Source: Nemertoderma westbladi (lineage: Eukaryota; Animalia; Xenacoelomorpha). Taken from it: a DNA stretch of 64,000 bases. Positions 13,447-27,055 of the stretch are shown piece by piece. The stretch spans positions 1 to 64,000 of the forward strand of contig JAUCBJ010000251.1 of assembly GCA_032718475.1 (NCBI GenBank). The letters run 5' to 3'. The stretch's first letter is position 1. Each line of letters begins with the position of its first letter. Under the pieces are notes generated by a model. The model searched no databases. It worked only from the letters and a program-made list of their open reading frames with translations, and had not been told where the DNA came from. Made by a program: the position numbers and the translations under genes.

Positions 13447-13572
13447 GTGTTGGAAGATGTTTTAGAGTTTGAGAACACCCCGGAGGGCAGACGTATTACC
13501 AAACTCGATGAGATCCTTCTCAATGGTAACAATGTCACAATGCTGGTACCTGGAGGAGAGGGCCCTGAATAG
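13447..13572 (+). CDS. LSM5: LSm5, exon 2
   Basis: Poly-T AG acceptor, then VLEDVLEFENTPEGRRITKLDEILLNGNNVTMLVPGGEGPE*; spliced product 92 aa; AATAAA at 13672-13677. Confidence 0.96.
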   Translation: MLEDVLEFENTPEGRRITKLDEILLNGNNVTMLVPGGEGPE

Positions 13573-13762
13573 TCTGGATTCAATGCTAAACATTATACAG
13601 TGCAATACAATACGTCTGCGATATATAATTACTCAATATTAATATCACCCTATCATATCACTAGACTGGTGAATAAACATAATACAATTACTTATTTTTC
13701 TTTAAAACAATACTAAAATTTAAGACTATTTTGTTGTCAATGATCACGTTTCCTATTCCAAT

Positions 13763-16642
13763 ATGGAGATGGACGAACAACACGAATGTGAACTATTTAA
13801 TAGTTTCTCGGAAGTCGCAAGACATGGGGAAATTATCAGTCGTATTTTACTGTTATATGAGTTTGATTATCGCGATGACGTCACGGATTGTTTATCTCGA
13901 TTGCAAAGCATTTCTAGCTTAGTTAGAACCAAGATTGACTCAAAACCTTCCAATCTTGCGTCCAGTAATGAAAGCGCAGATTCAAGTAACTGCAAACTCA
14001 ACTCGAGCTTTAAGAGGAGTTCTACTAACGGAGAATTTACTGACTCCCCGGTGGGACTATCAGCTGTTAAAATTAAAACTTCATTGCCTCCTTCTCCTTC
14101 AGCAATTAATGACGGTTGTGGAGTCATTAGTGACCCCCTTGGGGGACAATCAGCTGTTCAACTAGAAACATCATTGTCCTCTTCGACTATTAATGATGAC
14201 GATTGGGGGGATGATTTTGACTGCAGTGTACTAGACGAGCTATGTGACCCAAAACCGCTGAGTAATCCGCCAATGTTAGACAACCAATCACATCTTCCTG
14301 AGTCTCAGGTTGTCCATAAGACTGACCAATCACAGCTGCCCTCGACTCAGGACGATTGTGTAGGCTGTAATGGTATTGACCAATCGGAGTTGATTCCTCC
14401 ATCGGCTCAGGAACTCCGCAAACTCAAACACCACTTCGGACACTCTGGGTTCCGACCTATGCAGTGGCGAGTAATCTCATTGGCTACACGGGAGCGACGC
14501 GACCAGCTGGTAGTCATGGCTACAGGGTACGGTAAGAGTCTATGCTACCAGCTACCCGCGCTACTAGGCCCCGCTATCGTACTAGTGATCTCCCCGCTTA
14601 TATCCTTGATGGAGGACCAGGTGGCCCAACTGTCTCTATGCGAGGTGCCAGCCTGTCTGCTGGGCTCCGCGCAGACTGCCACCGGTCTGTGGGACGCGAT
14701 CCACGCCGGCCGCTACCGACTCGTCTACATGGCCCCCGAGTACGCCGTAGCGAACAAGGAGCGTCTAGCCGCCGCTAGTCGGCGTCCTGGGGTCTCCCTG
14801 GTGGCGGTAGACGAGGCCCATTGCGTGTCCCAATGGGGCCACGACTTCCGGCCGAGTTACCGCGGGTTGGGCGAGTTGCGTCGTTGTCTTCCTTCCGTCC
14901 CATTTCTCGCACTAACCGCAACCGCCACGCCTCCCGTACGCTCCGACATTGTCTCCGCTTTGTCTCTCGGTCGTCCGGTAATCAACTGTTCCAGCTTCGA
15001 TAGACCCAACATTTTCCTTGAGGTGCGGCTCAAATCCTCCAACCCGGAAGCCGATTTGAAATCCGCGATGATTCGCTCCGGTAAATCCGGTAAACTCGAC
15101 TTCCCGGGTCCCACAATAATTTACTGCCAGACGAAGAAACAGACGGAGTCCGTCGGAGAGCTGCTCGTCGGGTTGGGAATCGCAGCTGGCGTCTACCACG
15201 CGGATAAAACCATATTGGAGCGCAAGGGGGCGCAGCGTGACTTCACCCGAGACCGTCTGCGCTGCGTGGTCGCCACGGTCGCTTTCGGTATGGGAATCAA
15301 CAAACCCGACGTGCGTTTAGTGATCCATTACGGGGCCCCTCGTAGTGTCGAGACTTTCTACCAGGAGTTAGGCAGAGCGGGCCGTGACGGACAACCCGCT
15401 CGATGCCTAACTTTCTACTCCAACACGGATTTCAATGTGGCTAAATTCTTTTTGAATGACATCAGCGATGACGCGTTCCGTCGTCACAATCAGCTGATGC
15501 AGCAAAGGATGGAAATATATCTAAGTTCCACTTCTTGTAGGAGGAAGTTTATTCTGGAACATTTCGAAACAGAAAAATCGAGAATAAAAAATAGTAACAT
15601 TATCGGGACAGGGAAGTGTTGCGATAATTGTAGGCGGTTTATTTCCGCGTCTAGCCAAGGAGGTTGGCAGACCGCCGGGGTCGAACCCGCGTCCAAGTCG
15701 GATTTTTTACCTCGGGATTTTACGGCGATGTACCGACTGTTAGTCGGCGCGATCGATCGTCTCCCTTGCGGCTACGGTCTAGCCGTCCCTATTGCGGTGC
15801 TACGCGGCTCCGCGTCTAAACGGGTCCCGCCTGGGGCCTGTCGGACGCCCCCCAGCGGGGGCGGGGTGTTCGCCGCCGGTCGGGCGCACAGCGACGCGTG
15901 GTGGAAGGCGTTGGGTCGGCAGCTGGTGCGGGAGGGACTGCTGGAGGAGCGAGCGGTCCCCGGGGGCGGGTTCGGGGCCACGGTTCACGTGTCCGCCGCT
16001 GGGAGGCGCGTCGAACGCCTCGAGTTGGTCCCCAGCGCGGAGCTCCTCAAGGAAGACAAACTCGAGCGACTCCGTACCCAACCGGTTCAGCGAACCCAAC
16101 GCGACGAGGTTGAAACGACCACAGAAACGTCAGCTAACGGCTCCCTCCTCGAGGCCGAGCTCTTCTCGCTGCTTCTCGATTTACGTCGTCGCGTCGCCGT
16201 TGCTAAGGATGTAGCTGTTTTCTACATAGCAACGGACTCTAACCTCCAGGCTATGGCCTCTGTAAGACCGACCACTGTTGAAGCTATCAGCAACATCGAG
16301 GGTATCTCCGTTGCTAAGGCTGAGTTGCTAAGCGACGCCGTCCCTCTCATACGCGAATTCTGTCGTAACCATGGGAACATCGAGGTCGATCGGTCATCCT
16401 TTAATCCTCGTTCCCATAGCAATGCCATCTATGACGATGTCGACATCGCGACTACTTCCGGTGGGAAAGAGAACCAAAGGGACACCTTATTGGTTGGGTC
16501 GAGTTCTAGCGTTGCCATAGGAACCAGAGCGCCGTCATCGGATTCAAATTCCAGTGGTAATAAACGCAAACTCCCCGCGTGGATGGCAACCATGGCAACA
16601 TCCAGTAAGAAACTGCGCAAGGGTGGATTGTTTAAACCGTAA
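13763..16642 (+). CDS. WRN: Werner syndrome RecQ helicase (helicase, RQC, HRDC; no exonuclease domain), intronless
   Basis: [68 protein letters not shown], Zn motif CRR...CCDNC, HRDC, and C-terminal KRKLPAWM...KKLRKGGLF as in vertebrate WRN. Confidence 0.93.
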   Translation: MEMDEQHECELFNSFSEVARHGEIISRILLLYEFDYRDDVTDCLSRLQSISSLVRTKIDSKPSNLASSNESADSSNCKLNSSFKRSSTNGEFTDSPVGLSAVKIKTSLPPSPSAINDGCGVISDPLGGQSAVQLETSLSSSTINDDDWGDDFDCSVLDELCDPKPLSNPPMLDNQSHLPESQVVHKTDQSQLPSTQDDCVGCNGIDQSELIPPSAQELRKLKHHFGHSGFRPMQWRVISLATRERRDQLVVMATGYGKSLCYQLPALLGPAIVLVISPLISLMEDQVAQLSLCEVPACLLGSAQTATGLWDAIHAGRYRLVYMAPEYAVANKERLAAASRRPGVSLVAVDEAHCVSQWGHDFRPSYRGLGELRRCLPSVPFLALTATATPPVRSDIVSALSLGRPVINCSSFDRPNIFLEVRLKSSNPEADLKSAMIRSGKSGKLDFPGPTIIYCQTKKQTESVGELLVGLGIAAGVYHADKTILERKGAQRDFTRDRLRCVVATVAFGMGINKPDVRLVIHYGAPRSVETFYQELGRAGRDGQPARCLTFYSNTDFNVAKFFLNDISDDAFRRHNQLMQQRMEIYLSSTSCRRKFILEHFETEKSRIKNSNIIGTGKCCDNCRRFISASSQGGWQTAGVEPASKSDFLPRDFTAMYRLLVGAIDRLPCGYGLAVPIAVLRGSASKRVPPGACRTPPSGGGVFAAGRAHSDAWWKALGRQLVREGLLEERAVPGGGFGATVHVSAAGRRVERLELVPSAELLKEDKLERLRTQPVQRTQRDEVETTTETSANGSLLEAELFSLLLDLRRRVAVAKDVAVFYIATDSNLQAMASVRPTTVEAISNIEGISVAKAELLSDAVPLIREFCRNHGNIEVDRSSFNPRSHSNAIYDDVDIATTSGGKENQRDTLLVGSSSSVAIGTRAPSSDSNSSGNKRKLPAWMATMATSSKKLRKGGLFKP

Positions 16643-17418
16643 TATTATTCTCTATGTGTGCCTATCTATCTATATTCTATATTCAGTGAATAGGATACTA
16701 TATTATATACTTTTGATGGATGATATTGTTAGTAAATGCAATTTAATTTAAATTAAAATAAAAATAAGCGTAACTCATGTTTTGAATTGCAGAAGCACCT
16801 AGTCCTGCCATGAACTAGTAGAAGTAATCAACAAAAATCGAAAAAGTTTCTATAATTCTCTGGTATCGTTACGTATTATTATGGCACGTAACACTTTAAG
16901 GAATTAAATATCTAAGATTTTGGTCAAAGTTGTAAAATTTGAACCGCTAAACGGATTTCTGTCATTCAAGTATCGTTCGAAAGCTAATTTTTTGATTTAA
17001 CATATATAAATTGTAAAATTGTAGCACAAATTTAATTACACAACAATAGAAAGTAAATCCCAAAATACATAAAAACGTAGACTTGTCAATAACATTTGAG
17101 TTGTTTTGGAAGAGATGGCGTCATAATATAACAAGAATGAAGTTCCGTTAGCGGTAATTGTTTGTTTGATTTAGGCTAATCAATAATAGTGTAATGAATG
17201 AACTGAACATTAGGTACGTTTAATTTAATTTAATTTTATTTTATTTATATTATTCGGAGACATCACAGTTATAGCAGCGAATTGAAATAAAATAACACGA
17301 CACATAACATATGACAAGTAAATACATAACGGCTTATGCTATGGCTTAATTAAGATATAAAATTAGTAAAAGTTAGGTAGTGTAAATAAAAATCCAAGAA
17401 TAATAATATTCTAAAATA

Positions 17419-17667
17419 TCACATAAAACGATTGAACTTTAAAATACGATTAAAATTTACTGTCGATACACCAGCCTTAAAATGTTGTAAAGAAGTTGAT
17501 GCGATTAAATCGTAGTGCTTAAAGATTAAATACTCTGTACTAATAAGCAAGTTTCCAAGGTTACAATGTAGTCTTGGAAGTTGTACAAGACTACAATATG
17601 TAGTCTCGTCCAGCGTAGGTTGTCTGCGATTTGTAGTCTGGGAGACGGATTTGTAAAAATTTACCAC
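17419..17667 (-). pseudogene. Short 3' remnant of a CR1/L2-like LINE
   Basis: Translation weakly resembles LINE ORF2 C-termini (...DLIASTSLQHFK...). Confidence 0.3.
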
Positions 17668-17833
17668 ATTTTATTTTTTAATTTGTCCTGTCTTAATTAG
17701 CTTAAAAAAAGAGAGAATATTCTGAGTTTTCGAAATATGTGGGGCGAGACACGTATGGCGAGCCATCAGCGAACTGATATAATTATACTATGGCCGTTTT
17801 TCAAAAGTCTGTGTGTGTGTGTGTAGGGGGGGG

Positions 17834-17868
<35 letters not shown>

Positions 17869-18949
17869 GGTGTGTAGGTGAACTGGTTCAAACAGGGGAC
17901 AATTGCATGAATACACAGCCACAAACCGGGGACGATCTACAATCCGGGGACGTCCCCGGAATGAAAAGATATCAAAAATGGAATCTACGTACTAAAATTA
18001 ATGGATTCTGAAAATTTCAGATCATTTCGGCGATGTCCCCTGTTCCACCCAAACCTGTCAAATACGTGTGTAAATTTGTGTTTGAGTTTTGAAAATTTCA
18101 CTGACCCCAGTATAATGCGATAGTTTCAAGTGTCCCCTTTTCCATACAGTTATATAACATTCCAAACACTCGTTGTAGTATGGGTGCTGTTGTTCAATGT
18201 GGGGACTGGAATCTACAATGTAATTAATATGTTGTGATCTAATTTAACATTTTGACCAAACGCAGCAGTATGTGTGGCATGGTTCAAAATGGGGACTAGG
18301 AATTCATTGTCACCTAAAAAGTAGAGATTAATTTTAAGTAAGTAGAATATATATATGTCGAATGTGCCAATTTGGAAATCAAATACTTTAGTAATCGTGT
18401 TTTAAAGCAGAATGGCGAGCCCTCACTGCCTCACTGCCCTATCTATTATTTCAACAAACAATAAGAAATCAAATCGAATATATAATTTTATGACAAATTT
18501 TCCTGATAAACAACTTGATATACATTTGCAATATACAATTAAAAGTGGTTCATGAAGGACATTCATTAAGAACGTTACGTTTCGTTTTCTTGCTATAATT
18601 TGTATAAGCTGATTCTGACTCAAATTCAAATTCAGTTACTTGAAAATACATCCATATCATCTTTACCAGAAACATTTCCCGATTCAGTATCAGAATTGCA
18701 TAGATTGTTTTTATCTTCTTGAGAATCACCAAAGACCATGTCACAGTTACTCAATGCCGGATTGCTGACATGCTGCTCACTGATGCAATCTGCAAGTTCA
18801 GAAGAGTTGCTGCACCATGTAAACTCCTTGACAATATCAAGAACATTGGTGGTAGTTAAATCTGATGTATCAAATAAGTCATGCCATGAACGCATGGTTT
18901 GCATAACAACAACAGACGCAGTTAACCTTGCCCCCAAACCCTATCCTCC

Positions 18950-19505
18950 TCCAACGACCCTGCCCCACCCACTCCTTCAACATCTGACAACCCTGCCCCA
19001 CCCACTCCTTCAACATCCGACAACCCTGCCCCACTCACTCCTTTAAACTCAAATGACTCTGTCCCACCCACTCCTTTTGACCTCCGACAACCCTGCCCCA
19101 CTCACTCCTTTAAACTCCAATGACCCTGTCCCACCCACTCCTTTGACCTCCGACAACCCTGCCCCACTCACTCCTTTAAACTCCAATGACTCTGCCCCAC
19201 CCACTCCTTCAACATCCGACAACCCTGCCCCACTCACTCCTTTAAACTCCAATGACCCTGCCCCACCCACTCCTTCGACATCCGACAACCCTGCCCCACT
19301 CACTACTTAAAACTCCGACAACCCAGCCCCACCCACTCCTTCAACATCCAACGACCTCGTCCCACCCACTCCTTCAACCTCGGACAACCCTGCCTCACCC
19401 ACTCCTTCAACATCCGACAACCCTGCCCCTCTCACACCTTTAAACTCAGACGACCCTGCCCCACTCACTCCTTCGACATCCGACAACCCTGCCCCACTCA
19501 CTCCA
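18950..19505. repeat. C-rich minisatellite, 33-bp unit (66-bp dimer)
   Basis: tccgacaaccctgccccactcactcctttaaac / tccaatgaccctgtcccacccactcctttgacc alternating. Confidence 0.92.
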
Positions 19506-19590
19506 CCCCACCCATAAAAAGAGGGGTAGGCAGCGACGCCCGCTAGCCTAATATAATTAATTATAATATTGATAAACTCATATAGCAACG

Positions 19591-21119
19591 ATGACTGAGT
19601 TGATAGAAGATGATCTTGGTATCAGGGAGCGATATACCCTACCGTTACAAGCGTTTGTTGATAGCTTAATACGCGGCGATGCTAGTCCAGCTACTACGGA
19701 GGACGATGGTCGTTATATCGAACCGCCAATGTCCAAGGAACAACTCACGCGTGAATTGGACTATAGAAAATGCACCGCTCACTATACACATCGTAATGGT
19801 ACGTATATGGACTTCTTAACTACTGGTTATCCTATCGATTTACACGATATGGACAATATAGACACCAAAAGGGAAATGGTTCTATTTAAATATCATACCC
19901 AGTGGAGGCGGAACGATAAACTGAGAATCGAACATGAGAATTCTATTCGAAACCGACTCGAAAGAGAAGACGTTGAAGAGCCGGATAAACGCAGCAACTT
20001 CAATAAATATCTGGAATTCTTGAGAAAACATATCTCAATATTGCCAGCCAACAAAATCTAGAAACTCGATATCCTCAAGGTATACATCATGACCCTATGA
20101 TAGAACCCATACAACTCTATTTCACTATGATGTATCTTACCGCCGATCGACCGCTACCTGTTGTACCGGATAGCTTCGAACAGATGGAGGAATATTGTAA
20201 AACTGGAGAACGATCACTCGCGTTTCCCCTACAAGACGTGCATCTTTGGTATTATTACGATGAATGCCCTAGACCCAACTAACAAACGGAAAGACATAAA
20301 CATCCGCGGAGACATTGCGCTAAACACAGTTTTACTCGTTATACTTACGGGAGTTTCGAGCGAAACTTGTTTGACGTATCACCTACGCTCGCTCGACTCA
20401 GACGATCCTTAAATAAACCGATGATGATCAGAGTTCCGGAATACTCGATCAGACCTCCTCATTCCCTAATGAGACCTCAGACTCTTGATCCTAATAGTAT
20501 GAAGGATCCTCCCGAGTTGTAATCACTGTCCAAAGATCTAATGTTACCCTAAAAATTAGTCGGTGGCACTCCGGTTGTGGGCTCCCTAGATATTAGCCCA
20601 TCCTAGATAGCCGGATTGGGACGCGGACATTTAATATCGCCGTTTAACCCGTATAATCGTCCCGGTTTAACACCGATACAACCCGTCACCAAGGTGGAGG
20701 AGAGCGTTGTACGAAACGCGTTAGACGCTATTCTACAAAAGATCAGAAAGGGAACATACGTTTGTTCAGATAAACGTAAATTGCAGCAGCAAGTCCAAGC
20801 GGTAAACGAATTAGCTTTATCTCAGTTCGATCGGGAAATCCAGAATCTCTAAGAAGTTATCGAACTTGGACGGCCCTATTCTCTGCGAGAGTTTTTTGGA
20901 CGAACGCGTCCAACGACAAGCGGAGGAAAATCAGCTCGAGGAGAAGCATATCAAAATGGACGAGACACCAACCGTAACCCTAAACCTTCTGATGCAATTG
21001 TATTGCACCCTTCACCCAGGAGTTATAGCCCTCCTAGTAAAGTGGCTCGCCCCAAAGAGAAAAGGACTCTTGCTAGCCTCAAAAAACTTCGTAAACGCCG
21101 TTCAAGTAAGAAGGACTAG
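19591..21119 (+). pseudogene. Decayed intronless ORF of unknown family (about 500 codons)
   Basis: ORF fragments join through one frameshift near 20090 and several in-frame stops; ends KEKRTLASLKKLRKRRSSKKD*; TATA-like cataaaaagagggg about 75 bp upstream. Confidence 0.5.
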
Positions 21120-21204
21120 TAGTTTAGAGTATTCTTATGTTTTAGAAACTGTGATTTTGTATATTTTATAGACTCAAATCCCATTTTCTGGGAGCGGTGT
21201 AAAA

Positions 21205-21340
21205 GCTTTTGCGGATATAATCAGCCGTTTTTCTCCGCAATATACCGTGTAGGTATTTTAGCGGACATAAAAAGCCATTTTTTCCCGCTATGTCTGCATG
21301 TGTGCTTTAGCGGATATAACAAGCAATTTTCTCCGCAATT
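21205..21340. repeat. Three about 50-bp units, each with an internal palindrome (gcgga...tccgc)
   Basis: ttt(t/a)gcgga(t/c)ataa..agc..ttttt.tccgc.at x3. Confidence 0.7.
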
Positions 21341-21342
21341 CG

Positions 21343-22355
21343 CTATACTCTAAACCTGGAACTCAAATGACGAAATCTATCAGCTGATTTACTGCCAACG
21401 TGGAACCTGAACCTCTCTTTGTTCTTTGTTCGGCTCAGCCAATCAGAGCGATTTTCACTGTGTTGGACAGGGCCTACAGAAACCCACGCAATTCAGTCAG
21501 TGTGTATCTTTTCTAAGCCAGAACATCGGCTTGGGATTCTTCTGTACTTCTGTAGAAGTTTCAGGCTTTGGCCAGAACATTAGATGTCTTTGATTATCGA
21601 AACATAAACTATTACCTGACTCACTGACGGGTCAACGCATACATCATACCGGTACGGTACCGTACCAAAACAATTACTGCATTATTTCACTGTCTGTTAT
21701 TAATGGTTATATCTGTTGATGGATATATTGTTGTATTTGAAGAATACCGATAAAGAACCCAAAAAACCCCAATCTTATTGATTACTGAAGGTTAGAGGAC
21801 AGGTTACCGGTAGCAATTGCGACTTACATTATAGTGGGTTTTGTGTGAATTAAATGCTATTTCATAATCCCTACGTGTATCATGTTGCTATCCTCCTTAT
21901 ATATGATCAAATTCAGTAACTGTCGGCAGATCAGTGTGAAGCAGTGTGAAGTTGTGTGCGGTGATGTGACTGGTAATAAAGCATCTCCTAAAGAATGCGC
22001 CTTTTATGTAAATCAATAGACATCTAGTTGTGATTAGTATAAGTCATAACTTTGTTTCATACTTAAAGCGCCACGTCCTAAAGGAACTGTTAATATTTCC
22101 CCGAAAGTAAATATATTGTCAGAGATTATATAGTAGAGATCAATCGAATAATACAGTAGGTCTACAACGCAATAATAAGTCAAAGCATCCGAATCCAGTC
22201 TCCCTTAACAGTGGGTGAATGGTCGCGCATAGACTGGCTTCGGCTAATGTTATTTCAGTATAATAATTAATTGTCGTAGGCTAAAGTCGATTTATAAATT
22301 AGAAGAGACCTAAAATTGGCGGGTTAAACTGCCAAAAGTCTAAAAGCGCGAACAC
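21343..22355 (-). mobile_element. About 1-kb dispersed non-coding repeat, copy B
   Basis: Inverted match to 10238-11296. Confidence 0.75.
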
Positions 22356-23716
22356 GATTTGAAAAATTAGAAAGAAAAATACTCAAAATTGAATCTGCTG
22401 AAGGTTTTTGGATCTTTATCCAAAAACTTGCCAATATTTTTCCAAATTTTTGAAAAAATTGAATTTGAATTTTTTTTTATTCATAATTACAAATCTTCCA
22501 TTGACCTTCATACAAAGTTATTGTCGTTTCTGACAATGAGAAGTTGCTCTAACAAGGCAATATAAAAATTATGGCCATGTAGCGCTACCGGGGCCTTAAA
22601 AAAATACCTCTAGGCCAACGTATCGTATGTTTTCATTCTTATGTATTTAGTACTAAAGAATTTAACTTGCTTAGTACCCTATCCTACTTGATACTGTATG
22701 TTCATGCAATCATATGTATTCAAAAATATACATTACATACGGATACGGATTACACAGGATTACGTTGTACCTGATTCATACCGGGGACAATTGCATGAAT
22801 ACACAACGACAAACCGGGGACGATTAACAATCCGGGGACGTCCCCGGAATGAATTGGTAGCTAAAATGAAATCTACATCAACATCATTTTTTCTCCATAT
22901 TCAGTACGAAATAAATGAATCGCTTATTAAAATATAAATTTTAGAAATGAAATAATACATGTATTGTTTTCTTCTTATATATTAAGTAATTCAGAATTAA
23001 AGCATTTAACTATATTATCTGACTGTAATAATGTTACGAACATCATGTAGTCAATAATATGCCTACAATTATTAGGCACTATGCTGCGAAATTAAATGAA
23101 TGTATCTCAGGTTTAGTTAATTATTTATTTCAAGTTCATTGGTTATTTTGATTATTATCACAAATAGTAATAAAAATATTAAAATATTTAGTTAAAATTG
23201 GTAGCAAAAAGGAAATCTACGTATTGTTTCCTCACATCAAAATCATATTGCGGAGTTAGTTACGAATACAAGGATTTTAAGATTATGGCTGCCCATTGAA
23301 CCCTTTCTATTTCTCAAGAATATTCCAGAACATTATTTGTTATCCAATCACATATCGTCTGACACGGCATCACATTGTATAATGTTTAACATTCGGTAGA
23401 GTTAATGATTGTGTATACTCTACCTGAAATGTGCTCAATCACACTGGGGACCGGGTCGTGATTGGACAAAAACTTAAACACACCAGTGAAATGTGTATGT
23501 ATGATGTCCCCACTTCAACCCACGAGTAACAAATAAGCAATCTTTAGAGTTGATAAATTTTGAAACAATAGAATAACGTAAAATGGTCTCCTGAGTCTAA
23601 TGGTGCCAAAATTATTTAATTTAAACCAAGAACAAAGAAGTTATAAGGAAATCAATATCGACCCCAGAACCGACCGATGGAAATAACGGTCCCCAGAATG
23701 GGGGTTGTACAAAGAG

Positions 23717-24110
<394 letters not shown>

Positions 24111-24654
24111 AAACGCGTAATACACCTAACATTTCGCCAGATTCCCACAATCATTGTGCTAACTTCGCAATTGTGCTAACACTTTCCGCTAACAGTTGTC
24201 TCAAATTACGAAAAAAATCATCTCGCGAAGTTTCAAGCTATGTTAGGTGAATTTAATTTGCCAGATAAATTTTCAGTGTGTTTTTTTATCTTGCGCCCCC
24301 ATGCAGCTGCAATGTGAATATATTGTAAATATACATGTTAGGTGTGTCGCTTCCACCCGTTTACTGTTAGGTGTATCGCTTCCACCCGATTACTGTTAGG
24401 TGTAGGTGTACTATTTCCACCCGATTACTGTTAGGTGTGTTGTTTCCATAAGATTACTGTTAGGTGTATCATGTATCATTTCCATGTATTGGATAATAGG
24501 TCTTTTAGATTCCAAAAATTCACATATGTGTGTAACAATTCTAATGTTAGATACATTTCATAAAGTTAATAAAGCTGTAGTCGTATCAAATGGGTGGCAA
24601 ACTATTTTTCATCTAACATCTAAAATTAAATGTATCTATAATAAAACAAATATT

Positions 24655-27055
24655 GACGAGTGTGTACCTATATAATCTGGCTAACTAACATTGTGCTAAC
24701 AACTGAACTATAGTGTAATCAATTATATGACAAGGTGTAACCAATATTAGCGAGTGTGTGTTTATATTATCTGGCTAACTAATATTGTGCTAACAACTAA
24801 ACTACAGCGCAATTAATTATATGACAAGGTGTAACCAATATTAGCGAGTGTGTGTATATTATCTGGCTAACCCTTATTGGGCTAACAACTGAACTACAGT
24901 GTAATCAATTATATGACAAGGTGTAACCAATATTAAGAGCTAGTTCTAGTTCTTTAAAATACCTGAGTGTTTAAAGCTCATCTATCCCATCATAGTAGAC
25001 ATGTACCGAACAACAAGAGTCCCACAAGAAATGAAAACAAATAAGTTGGTGCAGGTCCCAAGAAGGGCAACCTAACACTCTATGGTTCTTTTCGGGGAAT
25101 CTCATTGATCTCGATTGCTGCAAAGCTATACAATAGAATTCTATTTAATCGCATCAGGGATCCCATTGAGAGACTGCTCCGTGGAAATCAGAATGGGTTC
25201 CGTAAAGGTCGTGGGACCATGGAGCCCATTTTGGCACTTAGAAGGATAATTGAAGAGTTATCAAAAAAGAAAGACAGGCATCTGGCTGTTATCTTTGTTG
25301 ACTTCTTCAAGGCCTTTGAATCAGTCTCTCGCTCACGTATGTTCAGCATACTTTCATTATATGGGATTCCTGATGAAATTATTGCAGCAATCCGATCAGT
25401 ATACGATGGTTCGACAACATTTGTGTCTACTGTTGACGGTGACACAGAACCATTTGAAGTGTTATAGGGCGTCCTCCATGGAGACACAATTGCACCATTC
25501 TTGTTAATAATTGTTGTTGACTATGTTCTACGCATGTCCTTAGATCATCATAATGATGATGGGGTGCTGATAACTCCACCTACTGGCTCCAGAAGTCGAG
25601 GAAATCCTGCCAAGTACCTAACTGATCTAGACTTTGCTGATGACTTAGGAGTACTCTCAGAATCACTAGAGGGAGCCCAACGGCTCCTCAGCTCATTAGA
25701 TCATGCTGCTTCTAGTGTCTTTTTATTAACTCCAGAAAGACCAAAATTTTGACAGTTAACTTTGAAAGTCCTCAGCAAGTCTCTGATCGGATGAGCATAA
25801 GCTCAAAAGATGGTATGCTTGAGCATGTGGATGACTTCTGTTACCTGGGATCATGTATCCGGAAGTCAGATGAGGACCTACGAATACGTAAGGGAAAGGC
25901 ATGGGCAACCTTTAATAGGCTTTCCAGGATTTGGAAGTCACCGAGAATTAATCGGACACTTAAGGTCCGATTATTTAGAGCAGCAGTAGTTCCAGTACTC
26001 CTCTATGGGAGTCCATGCTGGGCTCTAACTGCGGAGGACACGAAATCTCTGGATGGCACTTTCACAAGAATGCTACGCCGGGTTCATTGTGTCAAGTACA
26101 ATGCACACATCTCCAACCAGACACTATATAACATTGGAGGTGTCTCATTGGTTCCCCCAAGCTTGACACTAGAACAAAATCGCCTCCGCTTTGCAGGACA
26201 TTGCTATCGCCGTGAGGACCAGCCAGTGCATAATCTTGTACTTTGGCAGCCTCATGGAGTGAATAAGCATGGTGGACAAGCCCATGACTTTCTTGAGACG
26301 CATCTTAAAGGACACTGGCCTTGAAGATGCGGATGATCTAGCAAATGTCATGGGTGATAGGGAGTTGTCGATAAGCCGGCACAGCATTCTTAAAAATGCA
26401 GCTGTAATGCAGCATGCCGATTCTAGTAGTAGTAGTAACCAATATTAGCGAGTGTGGATTTATATTATCTGACTAACTAATATTGTGCTAACAACTAAAC
26501 TACAGCGCAATCAATTATATGACAAGGTGTAACCAATATTAGCGAGTGTGTGTTTATATTATCTGGCTAACCCTTATTGTGCTAACAACTGAACTACAGT
26601 GTAATCAATTATATATCAAGGTGTAACAAATATTGGTGTCTGTGTGTATATTATCTGGCTAAGTAATATTGTGCTAACTGTACTACAGTGTAATCAATTA
26701 TATGATAAGGTGTAACCAATATTGGTGAGTGTGTGTTTATATCATCTGGCTAACTAATATTGTGCTAACAACTGAATTACAGTGTAATCAATTATATAAC
26801 AAGGTGTAACAAATATTGGTGTCTGTGTGTATATCTGGCTAAGTAATATTGTGCTAACTGTACTACAGTGTAATCAATTATATGATAAGGTGTAACCAAT
26901 ATTGGTGAGTGTGTGTTTATATTATCTGGCTAACTAATATTGTGCTAACAACTGAACTACAGTGTAATCAATTATATGGCAAGGTGTAACCAATATTGGT
27001 GAGTGTGTATTTTATCTGGCTAATATTGCGCTTCCTAATAACTGAACTACAGTAC
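24655..27055. repeat. About 92-94-bp tandem satellite (about 9-10 units) interrupted by an RTE LINE
   Basis: gacaaggtgtaaccaatattagcgagtgtgtgtttatattatctggctaactaatattgtgctaacaact.aactacag... on both sides of 24936-26434. Confidence 0.9.
24936..26434 (+). mobile_element. 5'-truncated RTE-clade LINE (RT pseudogene)
   Basis: RGISLISIAAKLYNRIL, NQNGFRKGRGT, FVDFFKAFESV, GVLHGDTIAPFL, LDFADDL, FCYLGS, VLLYGS..W, RLRFAGHCYR; (TAG)n tail; 13-bp TSD GTAACCAATATTA at 24923-24935 and 26435-26447. Confidence 0.9.

Noticed and set aside
14190-16620. Many overlapping and antisense ORFs within WRN
   Set aside because: Expected shadow ORFs in GC-rich coding sequence; no motifs.
13763-16642. Bacterial RecQ horizontal transfer (intronless, GC-rich)
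   Set aside because: The animal WRN-type [12 protein letters not shown] motif and C-terminal KBM/GGLF tail argue for a native WRN.
18738-19588. Pro/Thr-rich or Gly/Ser-rich repeat proteins
   Set aside because: Open frames arise from the 33-bp minisatellite; no start context or splice support.
24655-27055. Possible CRISPR-like or regularly spaced array
   Set aside because: Units are similar along their whole length, so this is a plain tandem repeat.
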